Shown: positions 27,515-35,800 of the stretch, piece by piece | Layout: every line of letters begins with the position of its first letter | Numbering within the stretch: position 1 is the first letter of the stretch | Source: Gemmatimonadota bacterium | Lineage (GTDB): Bacteria; Gemmatimonadota; Gemmatimonadetes; Palauibacterales; Palauibacteraceae | Assembly (NCBI GenBank): GCA_039588215.1 | Contig: JBDHAD010000034.1 | Span: forward strand, 1,230 to 65,229 | Reading direction: 5' to 3' | Length of the DNA stretch: 64,000 bases | The notes under the pieces: generated by a model | Database searches by the model: none | Told to the model about the DNA's origin: nothing | What the model saw: the letters and a program-made list of their open reading frames with translations, nothing else | Position numbers and translations under genes: made by a program

Positions 27515-29005
27515 ATGATGGAAAGCGCAGTGATGCCACGCGCGAACGAGGCGGTCACCGGTGCGGCCGAGCGGCCAGCGTTTAAGGTCGCCGACCTGAG
27601 CCTGGCCGAGTGGGGTCGGAACGAGATTCGGCTCGCCGAGCACGAGATGCCCGGTCTCATGTCGGTCCGCCGCGAGTACGCGGACGCGCAACCCCTGGCG
27701 GGCAAGAAGATCATGGGCTCACTCCACATGACGATTCAGACGGCGGTCCTGATCGAGACGCTGGCCGACCTCGGTGCCGACGTGCGCTGGGTCTCTTGCA
27801 ACATCTTCTCGACCCAGGACCATGCGGCGGCCGCCGTCGTGGTAGGCCCGGACGGGACGCCGGACGACCCCAAGGGCATCCCGGTATTCGCCTGGAAGGG
27901 CGAGACGCTCGCCGAGTACTGGTGGTGCACCGACCAGGCACTGATGTGGCCGGACGGGAGCGGGCCTGACCTCATCGTCGATGACGGCGGTGACGCGACC
28001 CTGCTCGTCCACAGGGGCCTCGAGTTCGAGACGGCCGGCGAGATCCCGGTCTTCGACGAGGAGAGCGAGCCCGAGGAGTGGGGCGTGATCCTCGAGACTC
28101 TCGGAGGTATCGCGGCTTCAGATCCTGAGCGGTGGCAGCGCACGGCCACGAAGATTCAGGGCGTTTCGGAGGAGACGACGACGGGCGTCCACCGCCTGTA
28201 CGAGATGGCCGAGGGCGGCACGCTCCTCTTCCCCGCCATCAACGTCAACGATTCGGTTACGAAGTCGAAGTTCGACAACATCTACGGCTGCCGTCACTCC
28301 GTGATCGACGGTCTGAACCGGGCCAGCGATGTCATGATCTCGGGCAAGACTGCGGTCGTGCTCGGGTACGGCGAAGTCGGGAAGGGGTGCGCACAGGCCC
28401 TCAAGGGTCAGGGCGCCCACGTGATCGTCACGGAGATCGATCCGATCTGCGCGCTCCAGGCAGCCATGGAGGGCTTCCCGGTGAGAACGCTCGAGGATGT
28501 CATCGAGACGGCCGACATCTTCATCACGGCAACCGGGAATCGCGATGTGATCACTTACGCGGACATGGCCCGGATGAAGGACAAGGCGATCGTCGGGAAC
28601 ATCGGTCACTTCGACAACGAGATCGACATGGCCGGGCTCAAGCGGCACGGGACCGAGCAAGTCACGATCAAACCGCAGTACGATGAGTTCGTGTTCCCCG
28701 ACGGCCACTCGATCCTGGTTCTCTCAGAGGGCCGCCTCTTGAACCTGGGCAATGCGAACGGCCACCCGAGCTTCGTGATGAGCGCGAGCTTCACGAACCA
28801 GGTGATCGCGCAGATCGAGCTCGCTCAGAACCGCGACGCGTACGGGAATCAGGTCTACATGCTGCCCAAGCACCTGGACGAGAAGGTGGCGCGACTGCAT
28901 CTGGACCACCTGGGCGCGCGGCTCACGGAGCTCACCGACGTGCAGGCCGACTACATCGGTGTGCCGAAGGATGGACCGTACAAGCCGGATCACTACCGGT
29001 ACTAA
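27515..29005 (+). CDS. ahcY: Adenosylhomocysteinase
   Basis: AAGGAG SD 5 nt upstream. The protein is collinear with AhcY: [34 protein letters not shown], the NAD-binding [10 protein letters not shown], and the C-terminal PYKPDHYRY. Confidence 0.95.
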   Translation: MMESAVMPRANEAVTGAAERPAFKVADLSLAEWGRNEIRLAEHEMPGLMSVRREYADAQPLAGKKIMGSLHMTIQTAVLIETLADLGADVRWVSCNIFSTQDHAAAAVVVGPDGTPDDPKGIPVFAWKGETLAEYWWCTDQALMWPDGSGPDLIVDDGGDATLLVHRGLEFETAGEIPVFDEESEPEEWGVILETLGGIAASDPERWQRTATKIQGVSEETTTGVHRLYEMAEGGTLLFPAINVNDSVTKSKFDNIYGCRHSVIDGLNRASDVMISGKTAVVLGYGEVGKGCAQALKGQGAHVIVTEIDPICALQAAMEGFPVRTLEDVIETADIFITATGNRDVITYADMARMKDKAIVGNIGHFDNEIDMAGLKRHGTEQVTIKPQYDEFVFPDGHSILVLSEGRLLNLGNANGHPSFVMSASFTNQVIAQIELAQNRDAYGNQVYMLPKHLDEKVARLHLDHLGARLTELTDVQADYIGVPKDGPYKPDHYRY

Positions 29006-29033
29006 CCAGCCACCGGCCGGAGATAGCGAACGC

Positions 29034-29066
29034 GAAAAGCCCGCGGGAATACCTCGCGGGCTTTTC
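29034..29066. terminator. Intrinsic terminator hairpin shared by convergent genes
   Basis: GAAAAGCCCGCG-GGAATACCT-CGCGGGCTTTTC lies between the ahcY stop and the stop of the minus-strand small gene. Confidence 0.7.
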
Positions 29067-29073
29067 GCATCTT

Positions 29074-29334
29074 CTAGGCGCCGCTACCCGCGAGCCTGTT
29101 GTACAGCCAGGCCAGAACGACGCCGCATATCACGCCGTCGACGACTCCGTACAGCGTCCCCACGATCACTGAGCCAAAGCCACCGACTTCGTACCCCGGG
29201 TACATGGACGCGGACATTTGGAGAACGGCCACGCCGTAGCCCGGCCAGATCAGGTTCGCCAGTCCGACAAGCAACATACACGCGCCCCACAGCAACCCCA
29301 CCGTCAATCCCATCGCCTTCACGTTCAGTTTCAC
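29074..29334 (-). CDS. Small hydrophobic membrane protein
   Basis: GTG start preceded by AAGGAGG. 86 aa with 2-3 predicted TM helices. The longer ORF upstream overlaps a tRNA and is rejected. Confidence 0.5.
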   Translation of the reverse strand: MKLNVKAMGLTVGLLWGACMLLVGLANLIWPGYGVAVLQMSASMYPGYEVGGFGSVIVGTLYGVVDGVICGVVLAWLYNRLAGSGA

Positions 29335-29384
29335 GGCGTCCTCCTTAGGTGCAGATGAACCTGCGCGAGTGAGTTGGAGGAGAG

Positions 29385-29458
29385 TCGGGGCGCCCGGATT
29401 TGAACCGGGGACCTCTGCGTCCCGAACGCAGCGCTCTACCGGACTGAGCCACGCCCCG
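29385..29458 (-). tRNA. tRNA-Pro (anticodon CGG)
   Basis: Manual cloverleaf, 74 nt, anticodon loop UUCGGGA. Confidence 0.9.
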
Positions 29459-29524
29459 AATTGTGAAGCCCACCGCAAGCCGCCCAGGCCCACAGCGAGC
29501 TTTCGAGCCCGAGCGAGTCGGGCA

Positions 29525-29597
29525 AGCGGGTGACCGGATTCGAACCGGCGACCTCAACCTTGGCAAGGTTGCGCTCTGCCAGCTGAGCTACACCCGC
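29525..29597 (-). tRNA. tRNA-Gly (anticodon GCC)
   Basis: Manual cloverleaf, 73 nt: GCGGGTG acceptor, anticodon loop UUGCCAA. Confidence 0.9.
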
Positions 29598-29646
29598 GTA
29601 TCTGACTGGGCGGCGACCCGCTATCCGCTGGCCGTCTACCCGCGAG

Positions 29647-29718
29647 AGCCACCGGTCGGATTTGAACCGACGACCGCTCGATTACGAATCGAGTGCTCTA
29701 CCCCTGAGCTACGGTGGC
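29647..29718 (-). tRNA. tRNA-Thr (anticodon CGU)
   Basis: Manual cloverleaf, 72 nt: GCCACCG acceptor, anticodon loop UUCGUAA. Confidence 0.9.
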
Positions 29719-29800
29719 GTTCTTCCCGTTCTTCTGTCCCCCCGTCAGGCTCGGCCCCAGGTCCCCGGGAAGGACGCGACTTATAGCTGACGGGGTGGAG

Positions 29801-29862
29801 TGGAGCCGGCGGGACTCGAACCCGCGACCTCTTGAGTGCGATTCAAGCGCTCTCCCAACCCC
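29801..29862 (-). pseudogene. Truncated tRNA-Ala(CGC)-like sequence lacking the 5' D-stem and most of the 5' acceptor strand
   Basis: Intact T arm (GCGGG-TTCGAGT-CCCGC), anticodon arm (CTTGA-AUCGCAC-TCAAG) and GGGAGAGCGC. Only GGGGTTG lies upstream, and there is no GCTC D-stem partner. Confidence 0.5.
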
Positions 29863-29891
29863 AACCTCGCGATCGGGGATCCTGCGTGGAA

Positions 29892-29966
29892 CGGGGCTGA
29901 CGGGACTCGAACCCGCGACCTCCGGTGTGACAGACCGGCACTCTAACCAAACTGAGCTACAGCCCC
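29892..29966 (-). tRNA. tRNA-Asp (anticodon GUC)
   Basis: Manual cloverleaf, 75 nt: GGGGCTG acceptor, anticodon loop CUGUCAC. Confidence 0.9.
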
Positions 29967-30026
29967 TTGCAAACAGCGTGCGACCGATCGGTCGCTTCGG
30001 GAGGGGGCGCCCAGGTCCCCTCCGAG

Positions 30027-30100
<74 letters not shown>

Positions 30101-30151
30101 CAGAGAATAAAACGCGAGCGAGCCCCCTTCGGCCCCGCTCGCGGCGCGCAT

Positions 30152-30180
30152 AACCTAGCCGAAGCGTCCGAAGGGGTCAA
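30152..30180 (-). promoter_or_regulatory. Candidate sigma70-type promoter for the tRNA cluster
   Basis: On the minus strand: TTGACC, 17 nt, then TAGGTT. It sits ~50 nt upstream of tRNA-Val. Confidence 0.4.
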
Positions 30181-30284
30181 GGTAATATAGCCCCGATCGG
30201 GCTCCCGGCGGTCCCCCTTGGGGCCACCTATCCCCGCGTACGCTCGAGCACCATCGAGTGGCCATCTCACTCCGGTCCACAAGC

Positions 30285-31421
30285 TCAGGAGAGCACCACC
30301 ACGACCCGGTCGCGTTCCGCCTCGCGCAGGTGCGCGAACACGGGCAGGCTCAGGGCTTCGCGCGCGGCCCGCTCCGCTTCCGGAAACGCTCCCTCCCCGT
30401 ATCCCAGGTGTGCCAGCGCGTCGAGCTGGTGAAGCGCGACCGGATAGTAGACGCCGAACGCGATCCGCGCGTCTCGCAGGCGCGTCTCGACCTCGTCCCG
30501 GTCCGCGCAACGCACCGTATACTGATGATAGATGTGTCGGTTCCCCTTCTTTTCCGGGGGCGGTGTGATCCCGTCCACCGGGGCGAGCGCTTCATCATAT
30601 GCCCTCGCGTTCGCGCGACGACGGTCGTTCCACTCGTCCAGCTTCCTGAGCTTGACCCCGAGTACCGCCGCCTGCACGGCGTCGAGCCGGCTGGTGTAGC
30701 CAATCGCCGTCTGCTCGGGTGAGCCCGTCCAATGGCCGGGCTGGCGCAGGGTGCGAATGCGCGACGCGATCTGAGCGTCGTTTGTCGTTATGAGCCCGCC
30801 GTCTCCGATCCCCGCCAGGTTTTTTGTGGGGTAGAAGGAGAAGCAGCCTGCGGCGCCCAGCGCTCCGGCCTTCACGGCGGGTAGAGGCGCTCCCGACGCG
30901 TCGACGGCCGACTGCGAGGCCCCCAGGGATTGGGCCGCGTCCTCGACGATCGCCAGGCCGTGACGGGCGGCGATCGTCTCAAGCGGGCCCATCTCGGCCG
31001 TCTGACCGAACAGGTGCACCGGTATGATGGCGACGGTGGCTGGAGTGATCGCCGCTTCGGCGGCCGCGGGGTCCAGGTTGAACGTCGCCGGATCGATGTC
31101 TGCGAAGACGGGCCTCGCGCCCACCTGGAGGATGGCTCCCGCGGTGGCTACGAAGGTGAACGCGGGGGCGATGACCTCGTCCCCGGGGCCGATGCCGAGT
31201 GCGTCGAGCGACAACCGCAGCGCGTCGGTTCCGCTCGCGACTCCCACCGCCTCGCTTGCACCGACGTACTCGGCCACGCCGGTCTCGAATCGTTCCACCG
31301 CTTCCCCGAGCACGAATCGCCCCGATTCGAGGACGGCGGCGAGCGCGGCATCGATCGCGTCACGCAGCTCGTCGTACTCGCGGACAGGGGCGATGAGCGG
31401 GACGCTGGACGGGGCGTTCAC
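30285..31421 (-). CDS. DegT/DnrJ/EryC1/StrS-family PLP-dependent sugar aminotransferase
   Basis: Family-typical blocks: GRFVLGEAVERFE, GTDALRLSL, VIAPAFTFVATA, and YPTKNL with the PLP-binding Lys. Confidence 0.85.
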   Translation of the reverse strand: MNAPSSVPLIAPVREYDELRDAIDAALAAVLESGRFVLGEAVERFETGVAEYVGASEAVGVASGTDALRLSLDALGIGPGDEVIAPAFTFVATAGAILQVGARPVFADIDPATFNLDPAAAEAAITPATVAIIPVHLFGQTAEMGPLETIAARHGLAIVEDAAQSLGASQSAVDASGAPLPAVKAGALGAAGCFSFYPTKNLAGIGDGGLITTNDAQIASRIRTLRQPGHWTGSPEQTAIGYTSRLDAVQAAVLGVKLRKLDEWNDRRRANARAYDEALAPVDGITPPPEKKGNRHIYHQYTVRCADRDEVETRLRDARIAFGVYYPVALHQLDALAHLGYGEGAFPEAERAAREALSLPVFAHLREAERDRVVVVLS

Positions 31422-31671
31422 ACCGACTTCTTCACCGGGCTCGTCGCGGTTGCTGGCAAAGCTCGCACGTCCTCCTTTGATCGCTGCTCACCGACCCATC
31501 GTAGATCACCGCGGCAGAGGTGCGAAAGTGGGCTCTTCCCCACACGGCCGTTGGCTTGCGTCGCGGGGGTGGCATGATAGCTTGTGGCCGATCCGACGCC
31601 CTTGGTCGTGCAGCGTGGACGCGTCGGCGATCGATCGTCCGGTGTCGGCTCTACCCTCCGAAGCGAGGCGG

Positions 31672-32496
31672 ATGAGACAACCCTACGGGTTCGCGGTAAC
31701 GTCAATCGCCAGGCTCGGCGCGCTCGCTACGACGCTCGCCCTGAGCGGTTGCGGTGGCTCGAGCCCAGCGCTCCCCGAGCCTGCCGAGGCCATTGCCGCG
31801 GAAGCCCCGGCGGAAGATGGCGCCCAGGAATCTCAAGAAGTCGGCGCCGGCGAAGGCCAGACGGCCGAGGCCGCGGCACAGTTCCAGGCGGAGGAGCTGA
31901 CGCAGCAGCAGGAGCCCCAGTGGCTCGCCATCGACGCCCACAACGACGCCACGCGCGGGCCCGTTCAGCCGATTCCGTTCAACCACCGGTTCCACTCCAC
32001 CGACCTCGAGATCGACTGCAACTACTGTCACATCGGGACCGAGAGCTCGGTCGCCGGTGTCATCCCTGCCCTGGAATTGTGCATGGGTTGTCACCGGATC
32101 GCAGGATCCGGGCTCCCTCCGGTCGAGCAGCTTCGAGGCTTCTACAGCCTCGGGCAGCCGATCCCGTGGGAGTGGGTCAACAAGGTCCCGGAGTTCGTGC
32201 AGTTCAGCCACCAACCGCATATCCGGAGCGCGATCGACTGTACCGAATGTCATGGCCCGGTCGAGGAGATGGACCGGCTGTACCAGTGGGCGTCGTTTAC
32301 CATGGGCTGGTGTCTCGAGTGTCACCGGCAGGAGCGAGCCGACACCGACGTGGCGACCGACAACCTCCTGGTCGAGCAGTATCCGCCACCGCAGCCCCCC
32401 GAGGAGCTGCAACCCCATAGCCTCTATCCGCGCGCGCTCGACTCGCAGTACGGCGCCACGCGAGGACCGACCGACTGTGCCGCGTGTCACTACTGA
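31672..32496 (+). CDS. actA: Alternative complex III subunit ActA (pentahaem cytochrome c lipoprotein)
   Basis: Lipobox LALSGC. Five CxxCH motifs (CNYCH, CMGCH, CTECH, CLECH, CAACH). Followed by actB-F. Confidence 0.8.
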   Translation: MRQPYGFAVTSIARLGALATTLALSGCGGSSPALPEPAEAIAAEAPAEDGAQESQEVGAGEGQTAEAAAQFQAEELTQQQEPQWLAIDAHNDATRGPVQPIPFNHRFHSTDLEIDCNYCHIGTESSVAGVIPALELCMGCHRIAGSGLPPVEQLRGFYSLGQPIPWEWVNKVPEFVQFSHQPHIRSAIDCTECHGPVEEMDRLYQWASFTMGWCLECHRQERADTDVATDNLLVEQYPPPQPPEELQPHSLYPRALDSQYGATRGPTDCAACHY

Positions 32497-32545
32497 GCCC
32501 GGCACCGGGTCCGAGGGACGCGATGCGTCCGAAGTCGCGAGAAGC

Positions 32546-35500
32546 GTGAAGCGTCCTGACGAGGTCCGCCTCGAGGCGGCCGGCCCCGGGGCGCCCGGCG
32601 CTGAGGCAGCCAACGGGAACGGGTGCGGCTGCGGAAGCGGAGGCTGCGGGAACGGTGCGAACGCGGGCCAGGCTGACGCCGGAGCAACGGCCAGGACGGA
32701 GGCCACCAACGGGGGCACGAACCGCCGCGACTTCCTGAAGGTACTGGGCGTGGGCGGGGTCGGCGCCGCGGCGGCGGCCTGCGGGCCACCACATTTCGCC
32801 GACAAGCTCCTCCCGCGGCTGGTGCACGAGCAGGAGATCATCCCGGGTGTCAGCGACACATACGCTACGGTGCTCGCCGATGCCGGTCCGGAACCGCTGG
32901 CCATCCACGCGAGCGTGCGCGATGGGCGCGTCCTCAAGCTGGAGGGCAATCCGGACTTTCCGACAAACGGCGGACGGCTCTCCGCCATAGGACAATCCGC
33001 TCTCCAGGACCTGTATGACCCGGATCGCGTGCCCAACCCGCAACGGCGTACCGCGGGTGGCGCAACGGCCGAGGCTGCCGAGGGCGAGGCCGACGAGGGG
33101 GCCGCGGCCGCTTTCCAGAACGCGACCTGGGACGACGCCGTAGCGGCGCTGGGTGCCGCCGTCCAGCAGGGCGGAACGGTCCTGGTGACCGGGGCCGTCA
33201 CGGGCACCGCGGCCGATTTCTACGCTCAATGGGCGGCCGCGACCGGCGCGGAGCACGTAGCGTTCGAGACCTTCGAGTACAGCGCGCTCCGGGGAGCGCA
33301 CCAGGCGGTCTTCGGCCAGGACGCGATCCCGCACTACGATCTGGCCGCCGCCGACCGGATCGTGAGCTTCGGAGCCGACTTCCTCGGCACGTGGCTCGCC
33401 CCCGTCGAGCTCTCGGCCGGATACAGCGCCGCGCGCGACGTGGAGGCGGGACGGCACGCGGAATTCACCTTCGTGGGGCCGCGTCTCTCTCTCACGGGGA
33501 CCAACGCGGACGACTGGATCCATGCGCGGGCCGGGACCGAGGCCGCCGTGGCACTCGCGGTGGCGGGGGTTGTGGCCGCCCAGCGCGGCGTCACGCCGCC
33601 CTCGGGTGTGGCGTCTTTCACCCCGGAGGCGGTCGCCGACGCGACGGGCGTGGACGCGGAGACGATCCGGACCCTGGGCGAAGAGCTGGCCGCGGCCTCC
33701 GCGCCGATCGCGTTGCCGCCCGGCTTCGAGGCACAGGGACCGGACGCGCTCGAGGCACATGCCGCGATCGCCACCCTCAACCAGGTGCTGGGCGCCGAGG
33801 GGCGCACGCTCCACCTCGACCGCGGCCCCAACCGCGGCGAGACGGCTTCGTTCGCCGACATGACGGCGCTCATAGGTCGGATGCGCAGCGGGCAGGTGCG
33901 CACGCTGATCGTGGCGGGCGCGAACCCCGTCTTCGGTCTCCCCGCCGCGGCCGGCTTCGGTGAGGCGCTCTCCAACGTGGCCAACGTGTTCGCCCTCTCG
34001 TCGCACATGGACGAGACGGTGGCGGCCGCTGGCTGGGTCCTTCCGACGCACCACGCGCTCGAGTCGTGGGGCGATGCGGAGCCGCGCCCGGGCGTGTACG
34101 CGCTCGGACAGCCGCTCATGAACCCGATCTTCGACACGCGCCAGCGGGAGGACATCCTGCTTCAGGTCGCCGCGATCGCCGGAGCGGGCGATGCGCTCGG
34201 CGCCGCCGATTACGCGATCTACCTCCGGAACGCCTGGAGTGCGCGTGTCGGCGACGGGGCCGGGTGGCTGGACGCGTTGCGCGCCGGTGGCGTGTACGAG
34301 ACCGCGGCGGGCGACGTGGCGTCAGGTGGTGACGCCACGGGGAGCGCCGCGACCGGTGCGGCCGCGCCGACCGCTGCCGCCGGGGCCGCCGGAGGCGCCG
34401 CGAGCGCCACCCCGGCCGGGACTCCATCGTTCTCCCAGCCCTCGGCGCAGAGCGGGACGCAGCTGGTCGTGTATCCGACCGTCCAGTTCTACGACGGACG
34501 TGGCGCGAACCGCTCGTGGATGCAGGAGCTTCCCGACCCGATCACGAGGGCCGTATGGAACTCCTGGGTCGAGATGCACCCCGACATGGCCGAGAGCCTC
34601 GGCGTGGAGCACGGGGATGTCGTCGAGGTTCGCTCGGACGCCGGCGCCGTGCAGGCCCCGGTCTTCGTGTACCGCGGGATCCGTCCGGACACCATCGCCA
34701 TCCCGATCGGACAGGGGCACACGGCCTACGGACGCAGCGCGGCCGGGGTCGGCGTGAACCCGCTCGACCTGCTCCCCGCGACGGCCGACCCGAGCTCCGG
34801 GGCCCTGGCCTTCGCCGGCACCACCGTCCAGGTCACCCCCACGGGAGAGCACACCCGCCTCATCCACACCCAGGGTAGCGACACCGACCTCGATCGCGAG
34901 ATCGCTCAGGTGCTCAACGTCGATCAGGCGATGACCGAGATCCAGGAGCACCGGGTCGACCTCACCGAGCTGGTCGAGAACGCGTGGGACTCCGATCCCA
35001 ACAGCCCGTACCGCTGGGGGATGACGATCGACCTCAACTCGTGCACCGGGTGCGGCGCGTGCGTGACCGCGTGCTACGCGGAGAACAACATCCCGACGGT
35101 GGGCGAGGAGATGGTGGCGCTGCGGCGCGAGATGTCGTGGATGCGCGTCTACCGCTTCTACGAGGAGAAGGCCGACGGCGGCTTCCACACGGTGCACCAG
35201 CCGCAGCTGTGCCAGCATTGCGGCGACGCCCCGTGCGAGCCCGTGTGCCCCGTGTACGCCACGTATCACAACCCCGAGGGGCTCAACGTCCAGGTCTACA
35301 ACCGCTGTGTCGGCACTCGCTACTGCTCGAACAACTGCCCGTACAAGGTACGGCGGTTCAACTGGTTCGAGTACGAGTTCCCGTACCCGCTGAACCTGCA
35401 GCTCAACCCCGATGTCACCGTCCGCAGCAAGGGCGTGATGGAGAAGTGCACCTTCTGCGTGCAGCGGATCAACCGCGCCAAGCTGGACGCCAAGGAGGAA

Positions 35501-35800
35501 GGCCGCCCGGTCACCGATGGCGAGGTCACGACCGCATGCCAGCAGGGGTGCCCGACCAACGCGATCGTGTTCGGGAATCTCAAGGACCCGAACAGCGAGG
35601 TGTCCCGGATCGCCAGAAGCGCCCGCGGCTACCACCAGCTGGATGAGCTCGGGACGAGGCCGGCGATCACCTACCTGCACGACGTGACGCACGCCGAGCT
35701 GGCCGAGACGGGACACGGCGAAGAGCACGCCGACGAGGAGCACAACGGCGGCGAAGACGACGCGGCCGAGGGCTCCGCCGGAGAGGGCGAGGAGCACTGA
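32546..35800 (+). CDS. actB: Alternative complex III subunit ActB (molybdopterin-oxidoreductase-like domain fused to a 4Fe-4S ferredoxin domain)
   Basis: Twin-arginine motif NRRDFLKVLGV. Large MopB-like body. C-terminal Cys clusters (CTGCGACVTAC, CQHCGDAPCEPVCP, CVGTRYCSNNCP, CTFC). The start codon is uncertain; GTG at 32546 is the first in-frame start after the actA stop. Confidence 0.8.
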   Translation: MKRPDEVRLEAAGPGAPGAEAANGNGCGCGSGGCGNGANAGQADAGATARTEATNGGTNRRDFLKVLGVGGVGAAAAACGPPHFADKLLPRLVHEQEIIPGVSDTYATVLADAGPEPLAIHASVRDGRVLKLEGNPDFPTNGGRLSAIGQSALQDLYDPDRVPNPQRRTAGGATAEAAEGEADEGAAAAFQNATWDDAVAALGAAVQQGGTVLVTGAVTGTAADFYAQWAAATGAEHVAFETFEYSALRGAHQAVFGQDAIPHYDLAAADRIVSFGADFLGTWLAPVELSAGYSAARDVEAGRHAEFTFVGPRLSLTGTNADDWIHARAGTEAAVALAVAGVVAAQRGVTPPSGVASFTPEAVADATGVDAETIRTLGEELAAASAPIALPPGFEAQGPDALEAHAAIATLNQVLGAEGRTLHLDRGPNRGETASFADMTALIGRMRSGQVRTLIVAGANPVFGLPAAAGFGEALSNVANVFALSSHMDETVAAAGWVLPTHHALESWGDAEPRPGVYALGQPLMNPIFDTRQREDILLQVAAIAGAGDALGAADYAIYLRNAWSARVGDGAGWLDALRAGGVYETAAGDVASGGDATGSAATGAAAPTAAAGAAGGAASATPAGTPSFSQPSAQSGTQLVVYPTVQFYDGRGANRSWMQELPDPITRAVWNSWVEMHPDMAESLGVEHGDVVEVRSDAGAVQAPVFVYRGIRPDTIAIPIGQGHTAYGRSAAGVGVNPLDLLPATADPSSGALAFAGTTVQVTPTGEHTRLIHTQGSDTDLDREIAQVLNVDQAMTEIQEHRVDLTELVENAWDSDPNSPYRWGMTIDLNSCTGCGACVTACYAENNIPTVGEEMVALRREMSWMRVYRFYEEKADGGFHTVHQPQLCQHCGDAPCEPVCPVYATYHNPEGLNVQVYNRCVGTRYCSNNCPYKVRRFNWFEYEFPYPLNLQLNPDVTVRSKGVMEKCTFCVQRINRAKLDAKEEGRPVTDGEVTTACQQGCPTNAIVFGNLKDPNSEVSRIARSARGYHQLDELGTRPAITYLHDVTHAELAETGHGEEHADEEHNGGEDDAAEGSAGEGEEH

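Noticed and set aside
27440-27520. A possible SAH or SAM riboswitch upstream of ahcY.
   Set aside because: There is no room for one. The ArsR-methyltransferase stop (27504) is only 10 nt from the ahcY start, and the gap contains just an SD.
31024-31671. The N-terminal 216 codons of the 490-aa ORF that contains ActA.
   Set aside because: This part is antisense to the well-supported DegT aminotransferase and is low-complexity (Ala/Ser-rich). A lipoprotein signal peptide with its own Met begins at 31672.
32297-35797. Very long antisense ORFs opposite actB (585 aa and 491 aa). Similar ones lie opposite the molybdoenzyme cluster (39913-41250, 41992-43581) and opposite sucA.
   Set aside because: These are typical high-GC shadow ORFs. 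Their translations are Arg/Gly/Pro-rich with no motifs, while the opposite strand encodes clearly recognisable conserved proteins.
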